Of a stretch of DNA of 59,868 bases, positions 58,469 to 59,868 are shown in pieces. The first letter of the stretch is position 1; each line of letters starts with the position of its first letter. Origin of the DNA: Microbacteriaceae bacterium (GTDB taxonomy: Bacteria; Actinomycetota; Actinomycetes; Actinomycetales; Microbacteriaceae); assembly GCA_044237445.1 (NCBI GenBank), contig JBIIFF010000001.1, forward strand, positions 1 through 59,868. Reading direction: 5' to 3'. The translations under genes were made by a program, and so were the position numbers. Under the pieces are notes generated by a model, which was given only the letters and a program-made list of their open reading frames with translations, had not been told where the DNA came from and did no database searches.

Positions 58469-59354
58469 CGTTGCCCTGAAACTCCGATCGGTCGCGCCCG
58501 GCAAGGTAGGACCCCGCAACCACCAGGGGTAACCCGATCGCAATACCCGCGGTGAACGGCTCGTCCAGAAAAACAATCCCGAGGATCGAAGCAACGAGGA
58601 GGTTGAGATAGGTGATGAGCGTCGCACGACGGGGACCGACGTGCTTGATTAGCGCGAAGAACAGTACGAAGGCTATTGCGGAACTCACCGCGCCGAGAAC
58701 AAGAATTGCAATCCACCCGTCCAACGATGGCCCGCGGGCGAGGTCTGCCGGCAGCGTAAACGCGGCGAATGGCGCGTAGATTATCGACACCATTGCGAGC
58801 GAGACGGCGCTGAGCGACAACCCGGACATAGTGGGCATGGTTCGGCCGGCAACGATTGGTGCAATCGCGTAACACACCGCCGAAAACGCCAACATCAACA
58901 CGGGCCCGATCTGGAGCACTCCGCTCACGGCGTCGATACCGACCAGCGCAAAAACGCCGACGAACCCGAGAATCAACCCGGTGATGGTGGCGGGGTGACG
59001 AGCCGCGCGGTCGCCGAGGAAGGTCCCCGTGATGAATGCGGCGATAAAGGGGATGGTTGTCATCATGAGTCCGGCGAAGCTACTCGCCGTTGTTCTCTCG
59101 GCCTCGGTGATGAGGTACCAGGGTCCCACCATTTCGAGAGTGGCAAACAACAGAACCCCTCGCCAGTTCTTCAGGGTTTCGCGCAGGTCGCCCCGGAAAA
59201 TCACGATGGGGAGGAGAATCACAGCGCCGATTGTGACCCTCAGCCACACGATGCTCGGAGTACTGAACGAGTGATTGGCTACGGCGATGAAATAGTAGGG
59301 AATTCCCCACGCAACTCCGACAGCGACGAATAGCAGCAGTGCGCGACGTGACAT
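58431..59354 (-). CDS. DMT/EamA family transporter
   Basis: WGIPY.FI.VA, about 10 TM helices, AIAF.LFFALI..VGP.RAT.ITY.N. Confidence 0.88.
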   Translation of the reverse strand: MSRRALLLFVAVGVAWGIPYYFIAVANHSFSTPSIVWLRVTIGAVILLPIVIFRGDLRETLKNWRGVLLFATLEMVGPWYLITEAERTTASSFAGLMMTTIPFIAAFITGTFLGDRAARHPATITGLILGFVGVFALVGIDAVSGVLQIGPVLMLAFSAVCYAIAPIVAGRTMPTMSGLSLSAVSLAMVSIIYAPFAAFTLPADLARGPSLDGWIAILVLGAVSSAIAFVLFFALIKHVGPRRATLITYLNLLVASILGIVFLDEPFTAGIAIGLPLVVAGSYLAGRDRSEFQGNVIASVRRGRTRQ

Positions 59355-59364
59355 CCCGCGCCCG

Positions 59365-59718
59365 CTATTTCGACTGCGAACGTGTGAGGGTGTGAATCTC
59401 TGCCAAGATTTCCTGCGTTTCTTGGTGCGCCGCCATCACCGCGGCGTGAGTCTCGTTTTCGCGACGCTCGGCGCGACGCGAGTGTACGTTCTGCCCGACC
59501 ATGATGATGGGGAGCAACACGAGTTGCAGAAATGTCTGTGCCACCCAGGCCACGATCACGAGTATCTCACCGGTCGCGAGAGCCGCCGGCAAAGAAATCA
59601 GCGCCAGCACGGCGAAAGCCAACGCCGCCCACATTGTCCCGACGACCGAGGTGATGCGATCACCGAGTCGCTCAAGGCCTGCTCTGATCGATTTATCTCG
59701 GTGGGTTTGTGAAGGCAC
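59365..59718 (-). CDS. DUF1003-like small membrane protein
   Basis: RIT..VGTMW...F, W..QTFLQLVLLPIIMVGQN. Confidence 0.7.
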   Translation of the reverse strand: MPSQTHRDKSIRAGLERLGDRITSVVGTMWAALAFAVLALISLPAALATGEILVIVAWVAQTFLQLVLLPIIMVGQNVHSRRAERRENETHAAVMAAHQETQEILAEIHTLTRSQSK

Positions 59719-59736
59719 CCGTGAAGTCTATTCGGT

Positions 59737-59821
59737 GTGGAGACTAGGGGTACTGACGTGCCTAGTAATGACGGGGGTTGTAGAGGGCCGATTTGTATTT
59801 TCAGACTATAAATCAGACTAT
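59737..59821 (-). mobile_element. Probable att site (duplicated tRNA-Ala 3' end) bounding an integrated element that extends off the window
   Basis: Minus strand CCCCTAGTCTCCAC resembles a tRNA-Ala T-stem/acceptor 3' end without the rest of the tRNA; it is followed by AT-rich DNA with a TCAGACTAT direct repeat (59801, 59813). Confidence 0.5.
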
Positions 59822-59868
59822 TTTTTTCTGCCAGTCTTGGTCCGATGGGACGGGGCTTGTTATTTCCT

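Overview
This is a gene-dense, GC-rich actinobacterial chromosome segment. Gene order and sequence style suggest Microbacteriaceae (inference). The right half is the conserved origin-proximal cell-division/signalling block: tRNA-Leu, fhaA, fhaB, pstP, rodA, pbpA, pknA, pknB, trpG/pabA, two tandem class E sortases, crgA, rhomboid, ppiA. It carries a DnaA-box-like cluster and a parS-like site. The middle is housekeeping (serS, pheA, phoU-senX3-regX3, lplA, pfkA, hemD, M13 peptidase, Trk/Ktr, nucS, copZA). Two accessory systems stand out. (1) About 4.2-19 kb: a candidate sulfated surface-glycan locus woven through tRNA-Ser/Ser/Arg genes, with cysD-cysNC (PAPS supply, no reductase), three paralogous unannotated proteins carrying both PAPS-binding sulfotransferase motifs, GT4, GT61, an LCP ligase and a Cys-rich LAATG-anchored surface protein. 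(2) About 52.9-58.5 kb: a translationally coupled operon encoding an exported protein with a 54-residue pure Asp/Glu tail, an exported Lys9 protein, an ApbE flavin transferase and a ferric-reductase-membrane/PDR-type reductase fusion, divergent from a two-component system. Other observations: an internally deleted SDR remnant, a probable ATC start codon, a PknB with an altered activation loop, pervasive leaderless promoters, and a probable tRNA-Ala att site at the right edge. No CRISPR array, rRNA, transposase or integrase was seen. All calls come from reading motifs by eye; no database searches were run.
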